Origin: Secundilactobacillus collinoides DSM 20515 = JCM 1123
GTDB lineage: Bacteria > Bacillota > Bacilli > Lactobacillales > Lactobacillaceae
NCBI RefSeq assembly: GCF_001435975.1
Contig: NZ_AYYR01000022.1
Location: forward strand, 1-24,000
Direction: 5' to 3'
Length of the DNA: 24,000 nucleotides
Position 1 is the first letter of the stretch. The number at the start of each line of letters is the position of its first letter. This document shows, one piece after another, positions 7,890 to 16,158 of this stretch. The notes under the pieces were generated by a model. It was not told the DNA's origin. It did not search any database and was given only the letters and a program-made list of their open reading frames with translations. Position numbers and translations under genes: made by a program.

Positions 7890-9056
7890 TTAGAAATCAT
7901 TTGATGAAGATAGGATATCTTTTGCAACGTATTGTCTGTGGTATTGAAGGTATGTTTGGTGGCCTTTAAGTTGCGCGAAAGTGCGTGAAGTATCTAAATG
8001 TAATATTTTTAAGTCTTTTTTTGTTAATAAATTGGACACACAAAGATGATTATGAGTGTCGAACGAAATTAGACCTTTATCAAAAAGTTTATCATGAATT
8101 GCGCAGAGCAAGAGCCCATTATTAGAATCGATTTTTTCTTGGTCATTAGAGTTAGCCCAAGGTTTAATATGACTTGCAATCAACAATTTAGAACAATCGA
8201 GTCCACAAACAAGGCACCTATGCTGTTTTTGCAAAAGAGTATGTCGAAATTGGCTTTGAGTTATGCGTTCTTTTGCTTTGACTGTGGCTTCATTTTGACC
8301 ACCGGACAACGAAAAAATCTTATTCATAATTTTTTTATTAGAACTAATAGGTTTTAAATGAATGAAATTTGACCAACTTTGCGGAACGATGCTGTTTTTG
8401 GCAGATTTTCCCTCTTTTAGATGGGTAAGCCATTCTTTTTTAATTGAGGTAGTTTGATCAATGTAAAATTTTGCCTCATAATTTGGTATATTGTTTTTTT
8501 CTCTAATGGATTTCAAACCATTGGGTATTGGGTAAGCGAGTCCCATGTATTCAACACGATTATCTGCAAACAACTTAAAATATAAAATTGGAAATGCTTG
8601 GGTTGACTGTGCAAAATTTTCAGAAAATATTTCGTCCAAATAGAAATTACCCTTTTTGGGGGTATTAAAAATATTTTGGGAAGCTTTGTTATCACCATGA
8701 TAAGTTAACAAATGATTTCCAGAGTCAAAGTCGTCTGACCAAATATTTGCTTTAGCTTTTTCTGCGGATGTAATGACTAGAAATGCGTGTTCCGTGCTGT
8801 TGCTTCGCTTTGATTGGGGCGCTAGGTTAACCATTCTAAAGCCACCGTTAGTGCCAGTTGAAGTGTGTAAATTGTTTTTTTTCCTGTCAAGTTTATTCTC
8901 GGAAATGAAATTCTTCGACATTTTTGTTGTTGTTAATGCGTGAAGCACGTCGCTATTTTTTAAGTTGATTCCGGCATAAATAGTCTCCGGAATTAAATCG
9001 CAGCTCTGTAGCTCGGATGTTGATAATTCAAGTTTTTTTAATGTAGTCAAAATCAT
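7890..9056 (-). CDS. HNH (HNH_2-type) endonuclease with an SRA/PUA-like N-terminal domain; candidate Type IV modification-dependent restriction enzyme, 388 aa
   Basis: C-terminal HNH motif: CLVCGLDCSKLLIASHIKPWANSNDQEKIDSNNGLLLCAIHDKLFDKGLISFD. The N-terminal segment AFLVITSAEK...WSDDFDSGNHLLTYHGDNK...FPILYFKLF..NRVEYMGLAYPI follows the SRA/YDG pattern (vLs.ggYeDD.D.G..l.YtG.GG ... Y.G.Y.v). AAGGTGG RBS lies upstream of the ATG at 9056. The HNH call is strong; the SRA call is tentative. Confidence 0.75.
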   Translation of the reverse strand: MILTTLKKLELSTSELQSCDLIPETIYAGINLKNSDVLHALTTTKMSKNFISENKLDRKKNNLHTSTGTNGGFRMVNLAPQSKRSNSTEHAFLVITSAEKAKANIWSDDFDSGNHLLTYHGDNKASQNIFNTPKKGNFYLDEIFSENFAQSTQAFPILYFKLFADNRVEYMGLAYPIPNGLKSIREKNNIPNYEAKFYIDQTTSIKKEWLTHLKEGKSAKNSIVPQSWSNFIHLKPISSNKKIMNKIFSLSGGQNEATVKAKERITQSQFRHTLLQKQHRCLVCGLDCSKLLIASHIKPWANSNDQEKIDSNNGLLLCAIHDKLFDKGLISFDTHNHLCVSNLLTKKDLKILHLDTSRTFAQLKGHQTYLQYHRQYVAKDILSSSNDF

Positions 9057-9245
9057 TAGCCACCTTCTATACTTATTAATCTACAATACAATAAGTTATG
9101 GCCTTAACGTAAGGTGAAAAATAATTATGTATAAATAAAAATATTCAATTTTTAAGGCCGAGCTTGTAACGATTTAATGGATTAAGAATGATTATTTTCC
9201 ACATCTGCTTTTTATAATGGAACTACAAAGGTGGGAGGATACCAT

Positions 9246-10154
9246 ATGAATCTGAATCAAATGCTTTACCTCACGGAGCTTGGGAAAACAAAAACCATCT
9301 CTCAGGCCGCTAAGAATTTGAATATCTCACAAGCCGGTCTGAGTCAGTCCCTAGATAAGTTGGAGGAAGAACTCGGCTTGCGATTGTTTAACCGGACCCG
9401 CAGTGGGATAACGATTACTGAGGCTGGTAAGCAGGTCGTCGCGCACGCCAAGGCAATCGAAAATCAACTTGGCCTGATTCGCCAGTATTCAACTCAACAG
9501 CGAACGGTCGTAGATCCGCCGTTACGGTTTGGGGTGATGAACGAGGTACCCAATTCGCTGTTAAACTGGTTGCTGCAGTTTCAGGATCAACATTCTCAAT
9601 TTAAAGCGTACCTCCAAGAAGCGAGCAGCATTCAGATTATTAAAGGTGTAAAAACCGGTGATTACGATGCCGGATTGATTGCCATTAACAAGGCTCATTT
9701 TGCACTACTGGAAGAACTCGATTTTACTGAAGTCGGGCAAGGACAGTTCAAATTGTACATGACGCCTAATCACTACTTAGCGGACCATCCGGACCCGATC
9801 CCCATCTCACTTATCCGCGAGCAGGAGTTTGCCTTATTCATCGACGACTACATCTCGGAATATGTGGGTAAGATCGAACAAAGATATGGCGCCTTGAACA
9901 TTATTATGCAGTCAACTTCATTCCGCATTGTGCTTGAAACGATGAAGAAGTTTCAGGCCGTATCCATCATCCGCAACTCGCAGCTGCATAATCGGCTGTA
10001 TGATTTTGAAAAACAAGCGATGGTCGAACACAATCTCGATATGTTTGATTTTAAGGATGACCAAGCATTTCGATACGGCATCATTCGGCGACCGGGGAAA
10101 CAGCTGACCAACTTGCAGACGCAATTTGTGACCGGTATTGGTCGCATTCAATAG
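9246..10154 (+). CDS. LysR-family transcriptional regulator, 302 aa
   Basis: N-terminal wHTH: MNLNQMLYLTELGKTKTISQAAKNLNISQAGLSQSLDKLEEELGLRLFNRTRSGITITEAG. ATG 9246 is preferred over GTG 9231 because GGGAGG then serves as the RBS. Confidence 0.9.
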   Translation: MNLNQMLYLTELGKTKTISQAAKNLNISQAGLSQSLDKLEEELGLRLFNRTRSGITITEAGKQVVAHAKAIENQLGLIRQYSTQQRTVVDPPLRFGVMNEVPNSLLNWLLQFQDQHSQFKAYLQEASSIQIIKGVKTGDYDAGLIAINKAHFALLEELDFTEVGQGQFKLYMTPNHYLADHPDPIPISLIREQEFALFIDDYISEYVGKIEQRYGALNIIMQSTSFRIVLETMKKFQAVSIIRNSQLHNRLYDFEKQAMVEHNLDMFDFKDDQAFRYGIIRRPGKQLTNLQTQFVTGIGRIQ

Positions 10155-10172
10155 TCACCTAAAGGAGAACTC

Positions 10173-10832
10173 ATGATGCAGCAAATTACTGGCAACATTG
10201 AAATTCGTAACGAACAACCCTCTGATTATCGAACGGTGGAGGAACTCACCCGAAAGGCGTTTTGGAACGTGTACATTCCAGGGTGTTACGAACATTATCT
10301 TGTGCACACCATGCGCGACCATCCCGATTTTGTGCCCGAATTAGCTTTTGTCCTGACTGTTGACGGCGCAATTGTTGGAGATGTCATGTTTACGAAAGCA
10401 AAACTGACCGATGAAAACGATGAGATCAAACAGGTTTTGACCCTCGGACCAATTGCCATTCATCCTGATTATCAGCACATGGGGTTGGGGAAAAAACTAA
10501 TTGCCCATTCACTTGAACGGGCTAAACATCTGGGTTTTGACACGGTTGTACTTATGGGTGACCCGCAAAATTATGTTGGTGCCGGATTTAAGAGCGCGAT
10601 GCGGTATGATGTTTCAATTGGGCGGCATCAATATATGACTGCGTTACTCCTCAAAGAACTGCAACCACATTGTTTGGCCGGACACGCGTGGCATTTTCAT
10701 AGCAGTCCCATTATGGACGTTGACCCCGCCGTTGCGGATGAATTTGATCAGACGTTTGAACCATTGGAGAAAAAATGGCAACCAAGCCAAGAAACTTTTT
10801 ACATCATCAGTCGATCATTTATGGCACAGTAA
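10173..10832 (+). CDS. GNAT-family N-acetyltransferase (COG3153-like), 219 aa
   Basis: Acetyl-CoA binding core: IAIHPDYQHMGLGKKLIAHSLERAKHLGFDTVVLMG. It starts 18 nt after the LysR stop with an AAAGGAG RBS, so it is probably co-transcribed. Confidence 0.8.
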   Translation: MMQQITGNIEIRNEQPSDYRTVEELTRKAFWNVYIPGCYEHYLVHTMRDHPDFVPELAFVLTVDGAIVGDVMFTKAKLTDENDEIKQVLTLGPIAIHPDYQHMGLGKKLIAHSLERAKHLGFDTVVLMGDPQNYVGAGFKSAMRYDVSIGRHQYMTALLLKELQPHCLAGHAWHFHSSPIMDVDPAVADEFDQTFEPLEKKWQPSQETFYIISRSFMAQ

Positions 10833-11073
10833 CTGGTCAGTAATTCGCCTTAATTCGTAATAACGAGTCGATTATAGGCTTTGTAATCAAGGAATCGTTC
10901 AAGTATCATTAAATAGAGAAGAGAAGTATATTTCGGGAAAAGATTATGTGAATGTCGAAGTTTCAACGTGCCAGCCGATTTTCACAACAGATTCTAACTT
11001 ATTGGCATTCGTTATTGGAGGAGTGTCCAAATCCTGACGACATAAAAAGCTGACCATATAGGGGTTGAAAAGA

Positions 11074-11619
11074 ATGAAATTACAGACCATAGCTGCAGCG
11101 GGGGTTGCTGTACTATCGCTCGGAGTAACTGCCGTGACGGCACAAGCCAAGACTTGGCACTACCACGTCACATCCTCGAATAGTTTTTCTACATCAAGCT
11201 ACCATCGCGCTTACTTGTACGGTGGTCGAAACGATCAATTTGTGTCGCTATACACAACTGCGAAGGCGGCTAATTCTCAAGATTCTACGCATTACCACAG
11301 CAACTTTAGCGATTTTGGCCGTAACAAGACTTACTACGCCGAGAAGGTGAAAGGTTATTCACGAGTTTACAAACTCAAGTATAAGGGCAAGGCTTACTAC
11401 ATGAACACGAAAGACGCTGGCGTCTATCGCTATAATGCTTGGCGATTGGGCAGCAAGATTGTTTCATTTGCTAAGCCGACCAATACCAGTTATGTCATGT
11501 TAAAGGCCAAGAATAAATTCAATAAGTCACAGCCTTGGTACTATAACTATGGTGGAAAAGCCAATCCAATTTATAACAAGTATCAACTTTCCAGCAAGGA
11601 AAATTGGTATATTAAGTAA
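11074..11619 (+). CDS. Secreted protein of unknown function, Tyr/Lys/Asn-rich, 181 aa
   Basis: Sec signal peptide MKLQTIAAAGVAVLSLGVTAVTAQA|KT. I recognise no family motif. ATG 11074 is preceded by AGGGG. Confidence 0.6.
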   Translation: MKLQTIAAAGVAVLSLGVTAVTAQAKTWHYHVTSSNSFSTSSYHRAYLYGGRNDQFVSLYTTAKAANSQDSTHYHSNFSDFGRNKTYYAEKVKGYSRVYKLKYKGKAYYMNTKDAGVYRYNAWRLGSKIVSFAKPTNTSYVMLKAKNKFNKSQPWYYNYGGKANPIYNKYQLSSKENWYIK

Positions 11620-11636
11620 CCATTTTTATGACAGAT

Positions 11637-11680
11637 AAAAACGGTGACCGACGCCTGAAAGCGCTGGTTACCGTTTTTTA
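11637..11680. terminator. Bidirectional rho-independent terminator between convergent genes
   Basis: Stem 11641-11650 pairs with 11665-11674 (two G:U), plus an inner CGC/GCG stem. It is flanked by A5 upstream and T6 downstream. Confidence 0.8.
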
Positions 11681-11685
11681 ATTTT

Positions 11686-13116
11686 TTACATATTTGCAAC
11701 AGCATTCCGTCCAGAAAATGCCGCGTAGCCTGCAGTGCTCCCTGGCAACGTCACCGCGTAAGTGTCACCAACCAGCATCCCAGCAGCGTCATTCCCAGCC
11801 GCATAGAGGCCCGGAACGGGATACCCGTAATCATTCAACACTTCATTGTCGTCGCTGACTCGAATGCCACCCAGGGCACAAGCCATCCCAACGCCGAGTT
11901 CAACAGCATAGAACGGACCATCAGACACCGCGGTCAGGTAAGTTTTATCTTTCCCAAAGTCGGTATCCGCACCAGTATCAACCAGCGCGTTGTACCGCGT
12001 AACCGTGTCTGGAAGTTTTGCCAGTCCAAGTTTCGTGGCCAATTCTTCCAAACTGTCAGCCTTAGTCAGGTAACTGGCGTGCTTGCCTAAATCGGTTTCA
12101 ATCTCACCTGGTAGTTTATCCAATTTATCCGGCGAAACGGGGGAGTTACCGACTTCCTTAAACAGGCCGACGTTCGCTAAATGATCCACCGCCGCCTGGT
12201 CAAAAATTGAGAACACTCGCGACTGCGTCAATATGGCACCACCTGCGTGACACATGTTGTCATTCACATCTTCATTGACGAACCTTTCACCGCGCTCGTT
12301 GACCCATAAAATAGCTTCCTGCGTCGCAACAACACCCAATTGTGACATCATGTGCACAAACGGTGGGGTTTGCCGGTCGTAGATGGCACCGCCGCCGTAC
12401 TGGATGGCGCCCATTGAGTAATGCTGTGCACCTGCTGCCCAAGCTAATTGCATGCCGTCACCGGTAGACTTGCCGTCACTCACTGTCAGCAAGCGACCCA
12501 CAAACGGTGTCCGTTCCTTGATCAGTTCGGGATTATCGACATAACCGCCAGTTGCTAAGAGCACATTCTGTGCCCTCAAATCTCTGTATTGGCCCGTAGC
12601 TTCGTTTTTCACCGCAAGTCCGGAAATATGACCATTGGCCTGCAGCAATTTCTGTGCGCTGACACTAGTTGCAAACTCAACCCCGTATTCATCAGCTTTG
12701 GCCTTCAATTTTTCAATTGCGGCGTGGCCTCCGCCTTCAAAGGTGTGAATAGTCGGCCAACTCTTGCCTTGAGGACCAACTTTTGTAAACGTGACGCCAA
12801 GTGACTGTAACCAATCGATCGTGGCACCGCTGGCATCAATTAGTTTCTTAAGGTGTGGTGCACTGGCTTCGTAATGGGAATAGGTGAGTTCATCTTGCAA
12901 CAATTCAGTTTTATCGATTGAAATCCCAGCGTCTTTCTGCATCGTGCTGTCAACGCCCATGGCGCCTTCAACATAGTTGCCATCGCCGCCCAGAGTGCGG
13001 CCTTTTTCCAGTACCAGTGTGGCCAGTTTCTTTTCGCCGGCCGCTACGGCAGCTGCTAACCCACTCAGGCCGCCGCCAACAATCACTAAATCATAATCAG
13101 TTTTTTTCGGAAACAT
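11686..13116 (-). CDS. FAD-dependent oxidoreductase, FAD_binding_2 family (soluble fumarate reductase / KstD / urocanate-reductase-like flavoprotein), 476 aa
   Basis: N-terminal dinucleotide fold DLVIVGGGLSGLAAAVAAGEKKLATLVLEKGRTLGG. C-terminal FAD contact motif GLYAAGNDA...GSTAGYAAFSGR. AGGAGG RBS. No signal peptide and no FMN_bind domain. Confidence 0.85.
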   Translation of the reverse strand: MFPKKTDYDLVIVGGGLSGLAAAVAAGEKKLATLVLEKGRTLGGDGNYVEGAMGVDSTMQKDAGISIDKTELLQDELTYSHYEASAPHLKKLIDASGATIDWLQSLGVTFTKVGPQGKSWPTIHTFEGGGHAAIEKLKAKADEYGVEFATSVSAQKLLQANGHISGLAVKNEATGQYRDLRAQNVLLATGGYVDNPELIKERTPFVGRLLTVSDGKSTGDGMQLAWAAGAQHYSMGAIQYGGGAIYDRQTPPFVHMMSQLGVVATQEAILWVNERGERFVNEDVNDNMCHAGGAILTQSRVFSIFDQAAVDHLANVGLFKEVGNSPVSPDKLDKLPGEIETDLGKHASYLTKADSLEELATKLGLAKLPDTVTRYNALVDTGADTDFGKDKTYLTAVSDGPFYAVELGVGMACALGGIRVSDDNEVLNDYGYPVPGLYAAGNDAAGMLVGDTYAVTLPGSTAGYAAFSGRNAVANM

Positions 13117-13132
13117 ATGAGAGACCTCCTAT

Positions 13133-13870
13133 CTAGCCCTTCAGCCCAACGGATGCACCACCATCACTCAAGATCGTTTGCCCGGTCATGAAGGTGGCTT
13201 CGATTGCCACAAAGACGTAAATCTTAGCAAGCTCTGCGGTCGTTTCAAACCGTTTCATCGGCACCGTCGGCAAGACAGCCTTCAAGAAATCGCCCTGTGT
13301 CAGTGGACTTTCAGTTAAACCTGGTGCGATGCAGTTGACACGGATGTTCTTGTCCGCGTAATCAACAGCAGCGGCTTGAGTCATCCCCATGATGCCGTTT
13401 TTAGCGGCGTTGTAAGCACCCATACCACCTGGGTTGTAGATACTGCCAAGTGCGCCGGAGTTGACGATGGATCCGAAGCCCTGTTTTTCAAATAATTTGA
13501 TTTCGGCTCGCATGCACAGGAACGTACCGCGCAAATCCAAATTAATGGTCTTGTCGAAATCGTCGTCTGTTAATTCAGCAAATGGTTTTAATACGCCACC
13601 ACCAGCGTTATTCACCGCGTAATCCAAACGACCGAACTGCGCTATGACCTTGTCCAAGCCGCTATTGATACTATCGGTATCGGTCACGTCCATGACCAAC
13701 CCGGTGATGGTTCCCTCATATTTACTGTCCAGTTCCTTAGCAGCATCGGTGACCTTCGGATTGTAGTCAGTCAGGACAACATCATTGCCAGCCTTTGCAA
13801 AAGCCTCGCTGACTGCCAGACCAATTCCTTGAGCAGCTCCCGTAATTAACGCAACGTTATTTTTTGTCAT
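13133..13870 (-). CDS. Short-chain dehydrogenase/reductase (SDR), 245 aa
   Basis: TGAAQGIGLA cofactor motif, NNAG, and a Y-x3-K catalytic pair (YNAAK). I chose the internal ATG at 13870 (GGAGGT RBS) over the ORF-track start at 13936. The stop lies 16 nt upstream of the FAD oxidoreductase start, so the two genes form an operon. Confidence 0.88.
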   Translation of the reverse strand: MTKNNVALITGAAQGIGLAVSEAFAKAGNDVVLTDYNPKVTDAAKELDSKYEGTITGLVMDVTDTDSINSGLDKVIAQFGRLDYAVNNAGGGVLKPFAELTDDDFDKTINLDLRGTFLCMRAEIKLFEKQGFGSIVNSGALGSIYNPGGMGAYNAAKNGIMGMTQAAAVDYADKNIRVNCIAPGLTESPLTQGDFLKAVLPTVPMKRFETTAELAKIYVFVAIEATFMTGQTILSDGGASVGLKG

Positions 13871-13977
13871 GGTAAAGACCTCCAAATTTTGTGATTGAGC
13901 TGATTTGAATTGCTCAATAATTATCATTCGAGACAAGTGTAACCGATTTCAAAAGGGCTGGCGTAGACAGAAAAATA

Positions 13978-14010
13978 GAAGTGTCTACTTAAATTTCAAG
14001 TAGACACTTC
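13978..14010 (-). terminator. Rho-independent terminator of the TetR gene; a perfect 13-bp hairpin that may also act as an operator
   Basis: GAAGTGTCTACTT (13978-13990) pairs perfectly with AAGTAGACACTTC (13998-14010) around a 7-nt loop. On the minus strand the hairpin is followed by TATTTTT. It starts 4 nt after the TetR stop and lies ~110-140 nt upstream of the SDR start. Confidence 0.75.
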
Positions 14011-14013
14011 CTG

Positions 14014-14553
14014 TTATAGAATCGATGTGATGCCTTGAGACAACGAGTCACCTGCCAAGCGAATCATGTCATCGGTAGGCATGTCGTCATGAGTCAAAAA
14101 CCAGTTTAATGTTGTGATGGTCGAGGCGGAAAAGAGGTCGGCAAAGTAGTCCAGTGTCTGTTCTGGCGTCAATCGTGTCTTGCCGACTTCATCCTTGATG
14201 ATGGCCTTGATGCGTCCCTGGAACTCTGTCAGCAGGTTGAATTGCCCATTTTGAACGCGCATCAGCAACTGCATGTCATCCCGGTGATCATTGATAAATT
14301 GCATGCCCTGCCGCACTGATTCTTGATTGGCAGTACCATTTGCGGTGATTGCCTGGGATACGCCAATCAGGTACGTTTTGACCAGCGAGAAAAATGCTTC
14401 ACGCGCCAGCTCACTTTTATCCGTGTAGAGCTGGTAGAAATAAGTTCGCGTCAAGTGCACCCGGTTCATGAGCTGGGACACGTTAATTTTATCGTAGCCT
14501 TCTTCTTCCAACAGGGCTAAGAAAGCGGTGATAATTTTCTTTTCAGCAGCCAT
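14014..14553 (-). CDS. TetR/AcrR-family transcriptional regulator, 179 aa
   Basis: N-terminal HTH: IITAFLALLEEEGYDKINVSQLMNRVHLTRTYFYQLY. ATG 14553 is preceded by GGGGTG. Confidence 0.85.
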   Translation of the reverse strand: MAAEKKIITAFLALLEEEGYDKINVSQLMNRVHLTRTYFYQLYTDKSELAREAFFSLVKTYLIGVSQAITANGTANQESVRQGMQFINDHRDDMQLLMRVQNGQFNLLTEFQGRIKAIIKDEVGKTRLTPEQTLDYFADLFSASTITTLNWFLTHDDMPTDDMIRLAGDSLSQGITSIL

Positions 14554-14638
14554 AATGCGCACCCCACAATCGATAATTTAGTAGACAATGTCAATGGTTC
14601 TCTTGAACCTGTATAGTTCCATAATACACATTAAAACC

Positions 14639-14650
14639 TGACATTTGTCA
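14639..14650. promoter_or_regulatory. Palindromic operator-like site TGACA-N2-TGTCA overlapping a TTGACA -35 box of the TetR promoter
   Basis: TGACATTTGTCA at 14639-14650. On the minus strand it reads cTTGACAAATGTCA. A second related site, GACAATGTC, lies at 14584-14592. Confidence 0.4.
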
Positions 14651-14654
14651 AGTT

Positions 14655-14689
14655 ATGAATTACACAATCATGAATTACACAATCATGAA
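14655..14689. repeat. 15-bp tandem direct repeat, 2.3 copies (TGAATTACACAATCA)
   Basis: TGAATTACACAATCA occurs at 14655-14669 and 14670-14684, followed by TGAAT at 14685-14689. The repeat overlaps the PucR-family stop codon (14683-14685) and lies upstream of the TetR promoter. Confidence 0.9.
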
Positions 14690-16158
14690 TCTTTCCTACT
14701 CTGATCCTCTCTTGGTGTTCGCCGTGAGTGGGGCAGAGGCACTTTGTTTTGACTGTACAGAATCAAAAATCCCATCCGATAATCTAAATTTTGTTTGCCA
14801 AAACTAAAATCATAATCAAGCAGTTTTTTGATTTTGCCGATTCGGTACAAGAGTGTATTGGGATGGATATGCAAATCTGCCGCTGCCTGTTTCGTATTCT
14901 GATCATCGTAGAGGTACAGGTGCACGGTTGTCAGATAATCGGTATTGTGATGGGCGTCATAGGCCATCAAATACTGCAGGTCGGGATGCACGTAATCACT
15001 CAGATTGACCCGTCCCTTGACGTGGTCGATTAGTTCCAGCAACGCCACGTCCTGGAAGAACAGAATCCGATCTGGCAGTGGTACCGTTACCGCATAAGCC
15101 TGCACAGAGACACACTGTTGATAAGCCGCGCTGGCACGTTCAATGGCGTGAAATGGGGCACTGAGTGTAATTAAAAAATCGTATTTTTCTGCATATTGAT
15201 ATAGGGTTAGCAACGTTGATTTCATGGTGTTCAAAGGCTGGTCCGTGCTGCAAATGATTACCAGACTGGTATTTTCGATGCAGTAACGCAAATTTCCCAG
15301 CAACGGTGTCAATACCCGCAAGAAATCATTGATCATCACGGATTCCAGCGCTGTGGCGAAAGTGATTCGCATGATGTACGTGGATTGCTTTGAATCCAAA
15401 TGCCAATCGTGTAACTCAGCGGTATTGACCGTTTGACTGTGAATCAGATCCAATAATGTGTTGGAAAAATAGGCTGATGGCAAACTGCTAGCCAGTTGAT
15501 CTGTCGGAGCAGCCATGGTTTCGATTTGATGAACTAGAACATCACCGATTCGGCGTAGCAGTCCAAAGATGTAGGCAGCCTGATGACGGTCGGTCAACGG
15601 TGTGGCAAAGGTGAAGCCGGGTTTGATTGAAATTGCTGCTAATTGCGTCTGCATCGTATCACTAAAAATCAGGCTTCCGCTAACGTCTGCCAGGGTGGGC
15701 AATAACCGGTGAACCATGGATTCTGTTGAGAGGTGGCCCAGAGAACCGTACGTTGATGAAATCAATAATTGATCGTGATGGTCAAACAGAATCAGGGATT
15801 GATCCAACTGTTTTGCAAACGTGTCTAGGTAGGCTTGAATTGGTAATTGCGCGGCTAGGCCGGCTTGAATGTGTTCGAAAGTCTGGCTGGCGACATAGTC
15901 CCACCGCAACGCGGCCAGTACCTGATCATTCAATTGGTCGAGCGAGAGCGGCAAGTCTACCAGGATATCGTTTCGTGTTAGGGGCTTTTCTGATTGCACC
16001 CTTAAAGCATAGAGTTGCACATTGTTAATTGTGTGAAGAAATAAACAATTTTGCTGAGAATTAAGTGTTGCTTCATAAATTGAAGCGTTTATTAGCGTAC
16101 TATTGTTAACGTGCGTTGTGGGATTACCCAATATCGTAAGCAAGTCATTTACATGCAT
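14683..16158 (-). CDS. PucR/CdaR-family transcriptional regulator, 491 aa
   Basis: C-terminal PucR-type HTH: NTKQAAADLHIHPNTLLYRIGKIKKLLDYDF. The long N-terminal region has the size of a ligand-sensing domain. The gene is divergent from the reductase operon. Confidence 0.85.
   Translation of the reverse strand: MHVNDLLTILGNPTTHVNNSTLINASIYEATLNSQQNCLFLHTINNVQLYALRVQSEKPLTRNDILVDLPLSLDQLNDQVLAALRWDYVASQTFEHIQAGLAAQLPIQAYLDTFAKQLDQSLILFDHHDQLLISSTYGSLGHLSTESMVHRLLPTLADVSGSLIFSDTMQTQLAAISIKPGFTFATPLTDRHQAAYIFGLLRRIGDVLVHQIETMAAPTDQLASSLPSAYFSNTLLDLIHSQTVNTAELHDWHLDSKQSTYIMRITFATALESVMINDFLRVLTPLLGNLRYCIENTSLVIICSTDQPLNTMKSTLLTLYQYAEKYDFLITLSAPFHAIERASAAYQQCVSVQAYAVTVPLPDRILFFQDVALLELIDHVKGRVNLSDYVHPDLQYLMAYDAHHNTDYLTTVHLYLYDDQNTKQAAADLHIHPNTLLYRIGKIKKLLDYDFSFGKQNLDYRMGFLILYSQNKVPLPHSRRTPREDQSRKDS

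Noticed and set aside
9100-9159. An 8-bp perfect inverted repeat, GGCCTTAA / TTAAGGCC, 44 nt apart near the island/core junction. It could be an att-like or terminator element.
   Set aside because: The loop is too long and AT-rich for a terminator. I found no matching copy near the left end of the window, and a single 8-mer inverted repeat is within chance expectation. It is mentioned only as a possible junction marker.
10944-11150. A 68-aa minus-strand ORF overlapping the start of the secreted-protein gene.
   Set aside because: It is antisense to the signal-peptide coding region, so its Ala/Thr/Val-rich sequence is a mirror artefact. It has no RBS.
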